From Dehalococcoidia bacterium (GTDB lineage Bacteria; Chloroflexota; Dehalococcoidia; Dehalococcoidales; Fen-1064), in contig PMMG01000057.1 in the NCBI GenBank assembly GCA_003162335.1, positions 991 to 47,237 of the forward strand: DNA of 46,247 bases. Direction: 5' to 3'. Shown piece by piece: positions 8,587 through 18,265 of the stretch (the stretch's first letter is position 1; each line of letters opens with the position of its first letter). The notes under the pieces were generated by a model. It had not been told where the DNA came from. It was given only the letters and a program-made list of their open reading frames with translations, and did not search any database. The translations under genes and the position numbers were made by a program.

Positions 8587-10188
8587 CTATTTTACTTGAC
8601 ACACTAGAGCCGTTACAGAATGGGGCTCGAATAAATAGATAAAGGATTTTCCCGAAACATTAATAACAGTCTCCCGTTCCCCCACCTCATTGGGCTTTTC
8701 ATCGGTATTTTCAGCTTTAACATCCGGTCCATTTATTACGCATACCTGCACGATTCCTGTAAATTGTCCACTAGTTAAAGAAATATTTGTTTCCATCGCT
8801 TTTTCTTTGCTCTGGTTTACAACATACATCACCAGCTGCTTACGGTTCTTATCCAGAGTAGCGGCGACATCCAGCGTACGCATACCTTTATAAGCGCGAT
8901 TTTTATAGGTTCCAGAGAAGGTATCGCCATACCAGAATACATCCAGGGCAAGTTGTCCGCATGTACGGCTGTAGAGTTCAAACGGGAAGAAAATCGTTTT
9001 TAAAAGCACCGGCTTATCCGGCCGGTCGTAGTTAATCATTCCCCTGGTGGGCATCGGTGTAAAATTAGCCATCCGTACCGAATGCGCATGTCGAATAAAA
9101 GTATTCAGACATTGAGCTGTAGCCAGGGCATCTTCTAAGCTGACTTTTAATTTTATGTTGTAAGGAACATCTTTTTTACCTTCAGGAAGATGCATTACTC
9201 CCCATTCATCTGCGGCCAGTTTAATCGGGTCATCTTTACTATTATCTTCAGGGATGCGTGTACCATCCCATTCATCTACGGCGATGTTGATAGAATGCTT
9301 AATGCCTCTTTCCAGACTTACAGCGCGAATCAAACCCTCATAAGCATTCAGACGTTCGTTGAAGCTTTCTGCAAAGGCCATATATGTTTCGAATGGTTCA
9401 TTTTCTGATGGATGAGCATAGCGGTGTATTGCCAAATAATCAACAATGTCTCCGGCTTGCTCTAAAATCAATTGTGTTCGCTCAACCCACCGACTGTGCT
9501 GATCTGGGAACTGAGAAAGAGGATGATCTTCCCAAAGAGAAACTGCAGATGCAACAAGATTGATGTTCGGATCTACCCGTTTCATAACCTTGCTGAATTC
9601 CGTAACAGCTCGCGCATATTCCTGGGGAGTTTTGTAGCCTAATTGCCATGGACCATCAACTTCATTGCCAATGCCCCAGTATTTAACTTTATGTGGATCT
9701 TTAAAACCATGTTTGCGCCTCAGATTTACGAGTTCAGTATCACCGGTACCGTTACAGTATTCAACCCAATCAGCAGCCTCTCTCATATTACCATCGCCGC
9801 AATTAACACATAGATACGGCTCAATGTTCATTGAGCGGCAAAACCGAATGAATTCATTTGTACCATAATGATTTGGCACAATGCGTGGCGGATTATGAGC
9901 CAGATCATGTCTTATAGGGCGCTCATGCCTCGGCCCAACGCCATCCTCCCAACGATATCCGGAAGCAAAATTCCCACCCGGAAAGCGTATTGTTGCCAGG
10001 TTCATCCGCTCAAGTGCGTTTCTTACTTTGAAGGGCAATCTGCTTTTATCGGCATCGGCATTATCTCCGATATCTAAATAACTAAACTCGGTATCTCGAT
10101 GTGAACATGCAATCTCCATATAACCACCAAAAATATTTCGATCGATATCACTTACAATGCGTTCAAGATCAATTTTTATATGGTTCAT
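8587..10188 (-). CDS. abfA: GH51 alpha-L-arabinofuranosidase
   Basis: 533 aa. Contains IFGGYME, RFPGGNF, the acid/base motif WGIGNEVDGPWQ, and DEW nucleophile motifs. Confidence 0.85.
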   Translation of the reverse strand: MNHIKIDLERIVSDIDRNIFGGYMEIACSHRDTEFSYLDIGDNADADKSRLPFKVRNALERMNLATIRFPGGNFASGYRWEDGVGPRHERPIRHDLAHNPPRIVPNHYGTNEFIRFCRSMNIEPYLCVNCGDGNMREAADWVEYCNGTGDTELVNLRRKHGFKDPHKVKYWGIGNEVDGPWQLGYKTPQEYARAVTEFSKVMKRVDPNINLVASAVSLWEDHPLSQFPDQHSRWVERTQLILEQAGDIVDYLAIHRYAHPSENEPFETYMAFAESFNERLNAYEGLIRAVSLERGIKHSINIAVDEWDGTRIPEDNSKDDPIKLAADEWGVMHLPEGKKDVPYNIKLKVSLEDALATAQCLNTFIRHAHSVRMANFTPMPTRGMINYDRPDKPVLLKTIFFPFELYSRTCGQLALDVFWYGDTFSGTYKNRAYKGMRTLDVAATLDKNRKQLVMYVVNQSKEKAMETNISLTSGQFTGIVQVCVINGPDVKAENTDEKPNEVGERETVINVSGKSFIYLFEPHSVTALVCQVK

Positions 10189-10727
10189 AGATATACTCCT
10201 TCGTCAGACTTAATCTCTTAGAGTAACAACTCTGTGACAGTGATAAAGATTTCGATTTGGAGGAATAGATATAATGGTTGATAACTGAGCGAATTTTGAA
10301 GAATATTTTGCTAACGACCTGATTATATTCCTTTATCAGTTTTTCAATCAATGTCCAAAATTACAAAAACAAACTTCCCAAAACCTTACGGTCGCGGAAT
10401 TAAGTAAGCAAGAATAAAATTATTCCAAAAGAAAGTCTTTAACATATTCAGCCAGGTTATTTATGTATTCAGGCAATGTGAAACATCCGGGAACAACCGG
10501 TGTTACTGCGCTTCACTATAGCGGTGAAAGCACGTATTGATAAGTCGATTGAAGAAGGAATATAATCACTGCTATCGCCTGGTTCTAAAAATTACCGGAC
10601 TACCGGCACTTGAAGCCATGTTCCCGTGTACGTATATAACAACAAATCGAACTGGAAGGGTAAGTCAGAAAAAGTTGATAATTCTAAATTGCTTTGAAAT
10701 AAGATGAATATACGAATAGGAGATCTT

Positions 10728-11702
10728 ATGCAGTACAGAAAACTGGGGAAATGGGGATTAAAAATAAGTGAAATTGCTTTGGGAAGCTGGATGACAGATT
10801 TAATAAGCACAGAAGCTGTCGATACTGCAAAAAGAACATTGCGCCTGGCATACGGAAATGGCGTTAACTTTTTTGACTGCGCGGATGCGTATAGTGACGG
10901 CGCTGCTGAAATATTTTTAGGGAATGCCTTAAAAGAATTCACGAGAAGTTCTTATGTAGTATCAAGCAAGGTATTTTTCTCCGTAGGAAAAGGGCCGAAT
11001 GACAGAGGGCTGTCAAGAAAGCACATTTTTGAGCAGATTAACAAATCCCTGAAGAATCTGCAAACCGATTATCTTGATCTGTATTTCTGTCACCGATATG
11101 ATCCGGACACACCGATTGAGGAAATGTTACAGGCAATGAGTGATTTAGTGGTTCAAGGAAAAGTATTATATTACGGCGTTAGTGAGTGGAGTCCGGTGCA
11201 GATCACGGAAGGGCTTGGCCTAACCAGGACTATGGGACTCAGACCAATTTCTGTCATTCAACCTCAGTACAATATGTTTGACCGGTATATTGAAGATGAG
11301 ATTATGGGTATTTGTGAAAGCAATGGCATTGGAATTGTTCCTTTTTCACCGTTATCACAAGGACTTTTAACAGGCAAGTACAGAAAATGGATGCCGATTC
11401 CTGAGGGCTCACGGGCAACTCATCAGGCCGATATGCAGATTAACAAACTTCTTACCGATGACAATTTGGAAAAGGTTGAGAAGCTTATAAAAATAGCAGA
11501 TGAGTCAGGTGTCTCTCTCCCGGTTCTTGCTTTGGCGTGGACGCTGAGAAAACCGGTGATCAGCAGTTTAATCACAGGCGCTTCAACTCCCTCTCAACTG
11601 GAGTTAAATTTAAAGGCAAGCGGATTGACGTTATCTGCTCGTGTACTCGACGAAATAGAAAAGATTTTGGACTACAAACCATTCTTTAGAAAAATAGGAT
11701 AA
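10728..11702 (+). CDS. Aldo/keto reductase (Tas / K+-channel beta-subunit-like)
   Basis: Contains MQYRKLGKWGLKISEIALGSW..., FFDCADAYS and LDLYFCHRYD. AGGAGA RBS lies before ATG 10728. The track start at 10704 looks like an upstream extension. Confidence 0.85.
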   Translation: MQYRKLGKWGLKISEIALGSWMTDLISTEAVDTAKRTLRLAYGNGVNFFDCADAYSDGAAEIFLGNALKEFTRSSYVVSSKVFFSVGKGPNDRGLSRKHIFEQINKSLKNLQTDYLDLYFCHRYDPDTPIEEMLQAMSDLVVQGKVLYYGVSEWSPVQITEGLGLTRTMGLRPISVIQPQYNMFDRYIEDEIMGICESNGIGIVPFSPLSQGLLTGKYRKWMPIPEGSRATHQADMQINKLLTDDNLEKVEKLIKIADESGVSLPVLALAWTLRKPVISSLITGASTPSQLELNLKASGLTLSARVLDEIEKILDYKPFFRKIG

Positions 11703-11880
11703 TAAAACTGGAGAAAGCATCCATTATCCTGCCTCCGTTCGCCGGTGTTAAAAATACATGCCCCCGGTATAATATTTTAGTTACCGGATAGAAACGACGC
11801 ACCGGAGCAGGCAGATTGTCTAAATAAATAAAAACAGTCCAAAGAAAGGAATTTGATCTGAAGTAAAAGTGCACTCGAAT

Positions 11881-11955
11881 TGGAGCGGGATACGGGATTC
11901 GAACCCGTGACAACCTGCTTGGAAAGCAGGCGTTCTACCCCTGAACTAATCCCGC
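11881..11955 (-). tRNA. tRNA-Gly (anticodon UCC), CCA encoded
   Basis: Reverse complement is gcgggat-ta-gttc-aggggta-gaac-g-cctgc-ttTCCaa-gcagg-ttgtc-acggg-ttcgaat-cccgt-atcccgc-t-cca. This folds as a full cloverleaf with 7/4/5/5-bp stems. Confidence 0.95.
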
Positions 11956-12035
11956 AATTGTCTTTAAATTGTACCTAAATTACGGCAATTTGTCAAAAAG
12001 ATGATTCTCGCCACGACTTTCTGCGTGGGAAGCAG

Positions 12036-12563
12036 CTAACCGTCCAGAGAATGATGTTCCACTCTCGTAAACCAATCTACAGGATCCGTAAGATATTCAA
12101 TGTAATCCACAAGAATCAATTCATGTTGCCTTTCCTCGGCAGCGACAGCCTCATAAAAAATTCGTTCAGTATCATAAGTTGCATTCTGACTCTGTCTCTT
12201 ATAAAAATCATAGCTAGTTTTTTCCTTTTGGATAGCGGTGTTAATAGCATCAAATTCCATACCTGCTGCTTTTACATTTACTCCGGTCGCCGCACAAGCT
12301 TCGTTAAATATTTCATGCAGTTTTTGGCTGTTATCTGACAGCGAGTCGATTAAAGGCCATCCTTTATTATGCTGGATATCATTAAATATCTCTTCGAATT
12401 TCTTACGGTGTAAATCCTCGTCGCCAGCCAGTGACCCAAATATCTTCCTGCCAACATCGTTACCGCTATCCTGCCCAGCCTGGAGGTAACATTCTTTCCC
12501 CTCTTTTTCGATATCGATGGCAATTTTGAGCGCTTCCAAAATTTTATTCTGTTCAGTTTCCAC
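12036..12563 (-). CDS. Ferritin-like / rubrerythrin-family diiron protein (no rubredoxin domain)
   Basis: 175 aa with a GTG start. Shows a four-helix-bundle pattern with ExxH pairs (EDLH, EERQH) and preceding Glu residues (IEKEGKE, FYEAVAAEE). Confidence 0.7.
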   Translation of the reverse strand: METEQNKILEALKIAIDIEKEGKECYLQAGQDSGNDVGRKIFGSLAGDEDLHRKKFEEIFNDIQHNKGWPLIDSLSDNSQKLHEIFNEACAATGVNVKAAGMEFDAINTAIQKEKTSYDFYKRQSQNATYDTERIFYEAVAAEERQHELILVDYIEYLTDPVDWFTRVEHHSLDG

Positions 12564-12643
12564 GTCTGTTTCTTCCTTTTATTTTCCTACTCACCCCGGA
12601 AGCCCAACAGCTTTCCCATAATGTTGATATTGGTTTCAAGCCG

Positions 12644-14173
12644 TTAGCCGGGGCTTATCTTTCTTTCTTCAGTCATTTTTTTATCGACTTGTCTTAAATT
12701 TTTCAAATGTTTCCGGTAATATGGATCATTTTTCATGGATCCAATTGTTTTCCTGGCATAAACGTGGGCGAAGATGTCAGTAGCGAATAATCTGAATGCT
12801 CTAACCGGATCAGAAAAAAGCTGCCTGGAATCATAAAATAACGTACGCGATAGATGGCGGTTACTGAAAAGATCGAAATGTAGATCCAGATCTGTTTCTT
12901 GTAAACCCGAGCATGTAAACCCGCGAGGGGGTGCCGTCACAAGATGTTGCGCATCAAACAAGTTGCTCTCATTTTGGGCAAACTCAAAAATCGATTTTTC
13001 ATCACCCACGGGTGTGCCGGGAAAAGGCGTTAGTATCAACAGTTGACCGCTGCTCGATTTATTATCTTTTCTTAAGAAGTTTTTAAAGTTTTCTATAGTT
13101 TTGGGAGTATCGCCGTCAATTCCCACAACAAACATATCATGTACAAAGAACCCGAGCTTTCTTAATATCTCGGTTGACTTGATACTTTCTTCGGCGGTAA
13201 ATGGTTTACTGATATTTTTCAAAGATTCTGAATTAATCGACTCTTTTCCCTGAAAAACGGCAAATAGCCCGGCTTTTTTCCATAATTTCACAAGTTCGAT
13301 GTCTTCCGCGAAGCTGGCATCTATTTGGGCTAAATACCGCCTGATTAACTTTGATTCTATCAGTTTTTCCGCAACTTGCCGGGAAGCGGCTCGTTTAGGT
13401 CTTGGAGCTAAATTGTCGCCCGTAAAGAATATAGCCTCTCCGTCTTTACTGTCTCTAACTTCGGCGACGATCCTTTCCGGGGTTTTCATTCTGTATGTGT
13501 GTTTATAGGCAACGGTGACACAGCAAAATTTACAATTTCCATAACAGCCTCTTGATTCATTAACCGTATGCAAGTTCCTTTTTTTCTTGATGTATTCCGG
13601 ATAAAAGGGGAACGGCGCTTCAGAGAGTTCCTGTTCTGTTAATAACGGGCTATTTTCATTATGTTTTACCTCTCCGTTTATCTGGTAGCTGATTCCTTTG
13701 ATATATTCCAATGGTTCACCATTTATTATGGCTTTTACTGCCAACGGAGCCGTTTTTTCGCCCTCTCCCCGTACAACAACATCGACTCCGCTTAAAAGCC
13801 ATTTTTCCGGTTCAAAACTCGGACCGAAACCTCCTGCGATTACTTTTCCTACCGGATTAGTTTGTTTATATTGACGAACAGCATCGAGGGAAGAATCGGT
13901 ATTTCGAGTCGTACCGCTGAGCGCCAAAATATCGCTTTGAAAAATTCTTCTTATATCAGATTGTGTAAACTTTCCATATTCCGGGTAGAATCGGCTGTCT
14001 TCCGTAAACACTTTCGTAAAGCCGGCAGCTTTTAAAACACCGTCAATCGCTCCTACGCTATTGGAAGGAGCGCCGCTTTTTGTATATACATCGTTAGTGA
14101 TTTTACCGTTAAAGATACCCCCTTCGGTCGGAGGAATAATGGCAACGGAGATAACTGGTTGCAGGTACTCCAT
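12644..14173 (-). CDS. B12-binding-domain radical SAM protein (class B)
   Basis: Radical SAM motif CYGNCKFC (CxxxCxxC). The N-terminal Rossmann-like domain carries VVVRGEGE. ATG 14173 has RBS AAAGGTGAG. The track start at 14218 is a likely over-extension. Confidence 0.8.
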   Translation of the reverse strand: MEYLQPVISVAIIPPTEGGIFNGKITNDVYTKSGAPSNSVGAIDGVLKAAGFTKVFTEDSRFYPEYGKFTQSDIRRIFQSDILALSGTTRNTDSSLDAVRQYKQTNPVGKVIAGGFGPSFEPEKWLLSGVDVVVRGEGEKTAPLAVKAIINGEPLEYIKGISYQINGEVKHNENSPLLTEQELSEAPFPFYPEYIKKKRNLHTVNESRGCYGNCKFCCVTVAYKHTYRMKTPERIVAEVRDSKDGEAIFFTGDNLAPRPKRAASRQVAEKLIESKLIRRYLAQIDASFAEDIELVKLWKKAGLFAVFQGKESINSESLKNISKPFTAEESIKSTEILRKLGFFVHDMFVVGIDGDTPKTIENFKNFLRKDNKSSSGQLLILTPFPGTPVGDEKSIFEFAQNESNLFDAQHLVTAPPRGFTCSGLQETDLDLHFDLFSNRHLSRTLFYDSRQLFSDPVRAFRLFATDIFAHVYARKTIGSMKNDPYYRKHLKNLRQVDKKMTEERKISPG

Positions 14174-14513
14174 TTTTCTCACCTTTAATCTTCGTAAATA
14201 AAATAAATCATAATACATTCATAATCATGAGAGAATCAGTATAAAGAAGTCATAACATTTGCTCGTAAAATATAACAATTAAGTGTAGTCTTTTTTACTT
14301 TTTACGCAAATTAAGAAAGCCGGACCAATCCCGCAATTAGAACAAATAATATATTGCACTTATTCACTCTGGAATCTTATCTTGCTACCATATTGTCACC
14401 AATTTGTCATGTTTTTATCCAATTCGTTATACCTTTGTTACTAACCGTGAAGTAGAATACAACCAACATGAGTACATAAGATACTGAGGGAAAATAAATA
14501 GTAGAGGTGTAAT

Positions 14514-14669
14514 ATGGGGTTTTTATTGATTATCGGCATTATTCTGTTGATACTATGGTTGCTGGGGATATTCGTCTGGAGTCTGGGGGGACTAATTTAT
14601 ATTGCATTGGTCATTGGTGTCATTTTGATAATCCTCTGGTTACTGAAGCAAGTCTTCAAATTATTCTAG
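14514..14669 (+). CDS. Small two-TM membrane protein (lmo0937-like family)
   Basis: Not in the ORF track (51 aa). Sequence is MGFLLIIGIILLILWLLGIFVWSLGGLIYIALVIGVILIILWLLKQVFKLF. The LILWLLG...ILWLL repeat pattern is typical of this mini-protein family. RBS GTAGAGGTG. Confidence 0.55.
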   Translation: MGFLLIIGIILLILWLLGIFVWSLGGLIYIALVIGVILIILWLLKQVFKLF

Positions 14670-14751
14670 TACCGATAGTTTTAGAGTAAAACTTAGTTCG
14701 TTATTTTATTGAAAAACTCATGCTGGTTCTTAATCTCAAAGGAGGTAGAAT

Positions 14752-15075
14752 ATGGCAGCTAAAATTAAAATAACCCGGAAAAGTTACGTGCGGGAAAACG
14801 GAACTGTCGCAAAAGCAACATCCTATTACACCGAAGACAAAGGGAAACCCGGGAAAACGCCCATAACTGATAGATGGTATCAGCATAACGTAGAAATGCA
14901 ATGGCATAAGGATCTACCGGCTGAAATCAGGCGGGCCAATGCTCTGAAGGCGCATAAAGGCGATGTGTTAGCAACCGCCCGAGCTTTGCAAGCGTTAGCT
15001 AATGTTACTACGGATTCGGAGACAAGCAAGATAGCCAAGATCGATGCCGATTATTATTTCGCTAAGCATCAATAG
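14752..15075 (+). CDS. Hypothetical basic protein, 107 aa
   Basis: GGAGG RBS before the ATG. The N-terminus is KITRKSYVRENGTVAKATSYYTEDKGKPGKTP. I do not recognise a family. A hairpin agatcttcggatct follows the stop. Confidence 0.5.
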   Translation: MAAKIKITRKSYVRENGTVAKATSYYTEDKGKPGKTPITDRWYQHNVEMQWHKDLPAEIRRANALKAHKGDVLATARALQALANVTTDSETSKIAKIDADYYFAKHQ

Positions 15076-15225
15076 CATTACGTGAGATCTTCGGATCTAG
15101 TTATTTCCTTCTTTGCTTAATTGAAACCGGCAGGACCCCTATCTGGTTATATTAAAGTGAGTTTATTTAAGCTCTCCGTGAGGTCAGGACTTCAGTCTGA
15201 ACCAACTTCGTAAGGGAGAATTTAA

Positions 15226-15681
15226 ATGCTGGTTGGTATTGCGGCAGACCACGGCGGATTTGAGTTAAAAGTGTATTTGGCAAAGGCTCTCAAAGACGCC
15301 GGTTATGAGGTCAACGACTTCGGCGCACAAGAAATTGATATTGGAGACGATTACCCTGATTTCGTAATCCCGATGGCTAGAGCTGTTGCACAAAATAAGA
15401 TCCCCCGGGGTCTGGCCATATGCGATAGCGGTGTCGGGGCTTGCATTGCCGTAAATAAGGTACCGGGAGTACGCGCGGCATTGATCACTGATTCCTTTTG
15501 CGCTCACCAGGGGGTGGAAGACGATGATATGAACGTGATGTGCCTGGGCGGACAGATTACCGGACATGCGCTGGCCTGGGATTTAGTGCAAACCTTTCTA
15601 AACGCTCACTTCAAGGAGACCGAGAGGTTCAAGCGCAGGCTGGCGAAAATATCTGAGCTGGAAAATAAGGTAAATATATAA
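15226..15681 (+). CDS. rpiB: Ribose-5-phosphate isomerase B / sugar-phosphate isomerase (RpiB/LacA/LacB family)
   Basis: Contains GIAADHGGFELK and ICDSGVGACIAVNKVPGVRAA motifs. 151 aa. Confidence 0.85.
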   Translation: MLVGIAADHGGFELKVYLAKALKDAGYEVNDFGAQEIDIGDDYPDFVIPMARAVAQNKIPRGLAICDSGVGACIAVNKVPGVRAALITDSFCAHQGVEDDDMNVMCLGGQITGHALAWDLVQTFLNAHFKETERFKRRLAKISELENKVNI

Positions 15682-18215
15682 TGACAATCTCTTTGGGCCA
15701 AGGCAACAAGCCGTTTTGGACTTTTTCCCCCGAAGACGCGTTTAATCAACTCGGGACAAGCCGAAATGGATTGACCCAGGACGAAGCGCAAAAGCGGCTG
15801 GTACGTTTTGGTGCCAACCTTCTTAAACCTAAAGGAAAAACCGATACATTAACCCTCCTGATCAACCAATTCAGAAGTCCCCTTGTTCTCATTTTAATTA
15901 TCGCTGCCGTTTTGGCATTTTTTCTGGGAGACCCGATCAATGGCGGCATAATATTAACCATCGTAGTGGTTAGCGGCTTATTGGGATTCTGGCAAGAGAG
16001 AGGTTCGACAATGGCCGTCCAAAAGTTGATGGCTATCGTTCAGCTGAAAGTCTCCGTTGTACGTGACCTGAATCCTGTCGAGATTCCTGCCGAAGAAATT
16101 GTTCCCGGTGATGTTGTCTTGCTTTCAGCCGGAGATGTTGTTCCGGCGGATTGTTTGATTATTGAATCGAAAGATCTTTTTGTGGATGAGGCCACTCTGA
16201 CCGGCGAAACTTTCCCTGCAGAGAAATTAGCCGGAATATTGCAACGAGAGACACCGATTGCTCACCGGACAAACTCTCTTTTTATGGGAACACATGTAAT
16301 CAGCAGCAGCGTCAGGGCTGCTGTAGTGAACACCGGTCACAGCACCGAATTTGGAAAAATTGCCGAACATTTAAAATTCAGACCTGCAGAAACTGAATTT
16401 GAACACGGTGTAAAACAATTTGGTTATTTTCTCATGATTGTGACACTGGTTCTGGTGATGGCAATACTCGCCATTAACATATATTTCAAAAGGCCGTTGC
16501 TGGACTCAGTTCTTTTTTCTCTGGCTCTGGCAGTTGGTTTAACCCCGCAATTGTTACCGGTCATCATCAGCATCAACCTATCCCATGGGGCTAAACGAAT
16601 GGCGGAGCAAAAGGTCATCATCAAACGATTAGCCTCGATTGAAAACTTCGGAAGTATGAACATACTCTGTTCTGACAAGACCGGCACTTTAACCGAGGGA
16701 ATTATGCAGTTGCATTCGTTCGCGGGCGCAGACGGTAATGAAAATGAGAAAGTCTTATTATATGCCTATCTTAATTCTTCTTATGAAACCGGGTACAATA
16801 ATCCGATTGACACCGCCATTCGCGCGCATAAAGCACTGGATATTTCCGGCTACCAAAAATTGGATGAAGTGCCCTATGATTTCGTGCGAAAGCGGTTAAG
16901 CATCTTAGTATCGGCTAAAGATGGGAACCAGATAATCAGCAAAGGTACATTGCCTAACCTGTTTTCTATTTGTTCCCAAGCTGAGACGGCCGGTGGTATT
17001 GTAAGCCTGAACAGTGTCCGGGAAAAGATACAGGCTCAATTTGAAGATTACAACCGCCAGGGATTTCGCGTATTGGGAATAGCTTACCGCAGTAACATCA
17101 CGGGTACGACGATATCCAAAGACGATGAGAAGGAGTTCACATTCCTGGGTTTCATTGTGCTCGATGACCCTGTTAAGAAAGGCGTGTCTGAGACCATAAA
17201 AAAGTTGAAACAGCAGGGCATTTCTTTAAAAGTCATTTCCGGCGATAACCGACTGGTGACAGAACATATTGGCGAACAGGTAGGATTATCAACCTCAAGG
17301 ATAATCACAGGCTCAGACCTTCTGCACATTTCGGATGCCGCACTAGTCCAGCAAGCCAATCAAGTGAGCCTTTTTGCGGAAATAGAGCCCAACCAGAAGC
17401 AGCGCATTATTATTGCCCTGAAAAAAGCCGGCAACGTGGTTGGCTATATTGGTGATGGGATAAACGATGCTCCGGCGCTGCATGCCGCCGACGTCGGGAT
17501 TTCTGTAGACAGCGCAGCAGACGTGGCGAAGGAAGCTGCGGACATTGTCTTACTCGAGAAAGATCTGGGCGTGCTGGAACGGGGCGTACAGGAAGGACGG
17601 ATTACGTTTGCCAATACATTAAAATATGTGTTTATGGCCACCAGCGCTAATTTTGGCAACATGTTCAGCATGGCGGGCGCATCCATCTTCCTCACGTTCT
17701 TGCCGCTATTACCCAAACAGATTCTGCTTACAAATCTGATGACAGATTTCCCGGAAATGAATATCGCATCAGATAACGTTGATACTGAAGCAGTGATGCA
17801 ACCACGGCGGTGGAACATTAAGTTCATCCGCCAGTTTATGTTGACTTTCGGAATATTGAGCTCCGTTTTTGACTATCTGACGTTTGGCGCTCTTTTGGTG
17901 ATTTTGCATGCTTCTGAAAGCCAATTTCGAACAGGGTGGTTTATGGAATCGGTAATTTCAGCTTCCTTGGTCGTGCTGGTAATTCGAAGTCGAAAAACTA
18001 TTTTGCACAGCCGCCCCGGTAAATCTTTACTGATAGCTACTTTATCGGTCGTCGCAGCAACGTTTATTTTACCTTTTACACCATTAGCTCAGATACTTGG
18101 ATTCAGTAAATTACCGATTTCGTTTATTTTCGCAATCATCGGCATCGTTGCAATCTATATCATTGCCGCCGAAATCGCAAAGAAAGTTTTTTATAGATTA
18201 GTACAATTGGCTTAG
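15681..18215 (+). CDS. P-type cation-transporting ATPase (MgtA-like, type III)
   Basis: Contains LTGE, CSDKTGTLT and GDGINDAPAL motifs. 844 aa. The start ATG overlaps the rpiB stop (TAATG). Confidence 0.85.
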   Translation: MTISLGQGNKPFWTFSPEDAFNQLGTSRNGLTQDEAQKRLVRFGANLLKPKGKTDTLTLLINQFRSPLVLILIIAAVLAFFLGDPINGGIILTIVVVSGLLGFWQERGSTMAVQKLMAIVQLKVSVVRDLNPVEIPAEEIVPGDVVLLSAGDVVPADCLIIESKDLFVDEATLTGETFPAEKLAGILQRETPIAHRTNSLFMGTHVISSSVRAAVVNTGHSTEFGKIAEHLKFRPAETEFEHGVKQFGYFLMIVTLVLVMAILAINIYFKRPLLDSVLFSLALAVGLTPQLLPVIISINLSHGAKRMAEQKVIIKRLASIENFGSMNILCSDKTGTLTEGIMQLHSFAGADGNENEKVLLYAYLNSSYETGYNNPIDTAIRAHKALDISGYQKLDEVPYDFVRKRLSILVSAKDGNQIISKGTLPNLFSICSQAETAGGIVSLNSVREKIQAQFEDYNRQGFRVLGIAYRSNITGTTISKDDEKEFTFLGFIVLDDPVKKGVSETIKKLKQQGISLKVISGDNRLVTEHIGEQVGLSTSRIITGSDLLHISDAALVQQANQVSLFAEIEPNQKQRIIIALKKAGNVVGYIGDGINDAPALHAADVGISVDSAADVAKEAADIVLLEKDLGVLERGVQEGRITFANTLKYVFMATSANFGNMFSMAGASIFLTFLPLLPKQILLTNLMTDFPEMNIASDNVDTEAVMQPRRWNIKFIRQFMLTFGILSSVFDYLTFGALLVILHASESQFRTGWFMESVISASLVVLVIRSRKTILHSRPGKSLLIATLSVVAATFILPFTPLAQILGFSKLPISFIFAIIGIVAIYIIAAEIAKKVFYRLVQLA

Positions 18216-18265
18216 ATAAATAACCTGAGACTGAAGGTAAAAATAATAAAAAGGGGATATTAACA

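Noticed and set aside
14327-14338. A 12-nt match (aatcccgcaatt) to the tRNA-Gly 5' end plus flank (11948-11959). It could mark a second att-like boundary enclosing the ferritin-like and radical SAM genes.
   Set aside because: A 12-mer from a region of about 90 nt matching somewhere in 2 x 46 kb is not improbable by chance (order 0.4). Integration scars normally duplicate the tRNA 3' part, not the 5' part.
16540-16570. The TM4 motif of the P-type ATPase reads TPQLLP, where I expected a PE(M/G)LP-type motif with an ion-binding Glu.
   Set aside because: My recollection of the MgtA-subfamily consensus is not firm enough to call this unusual without an alignment.
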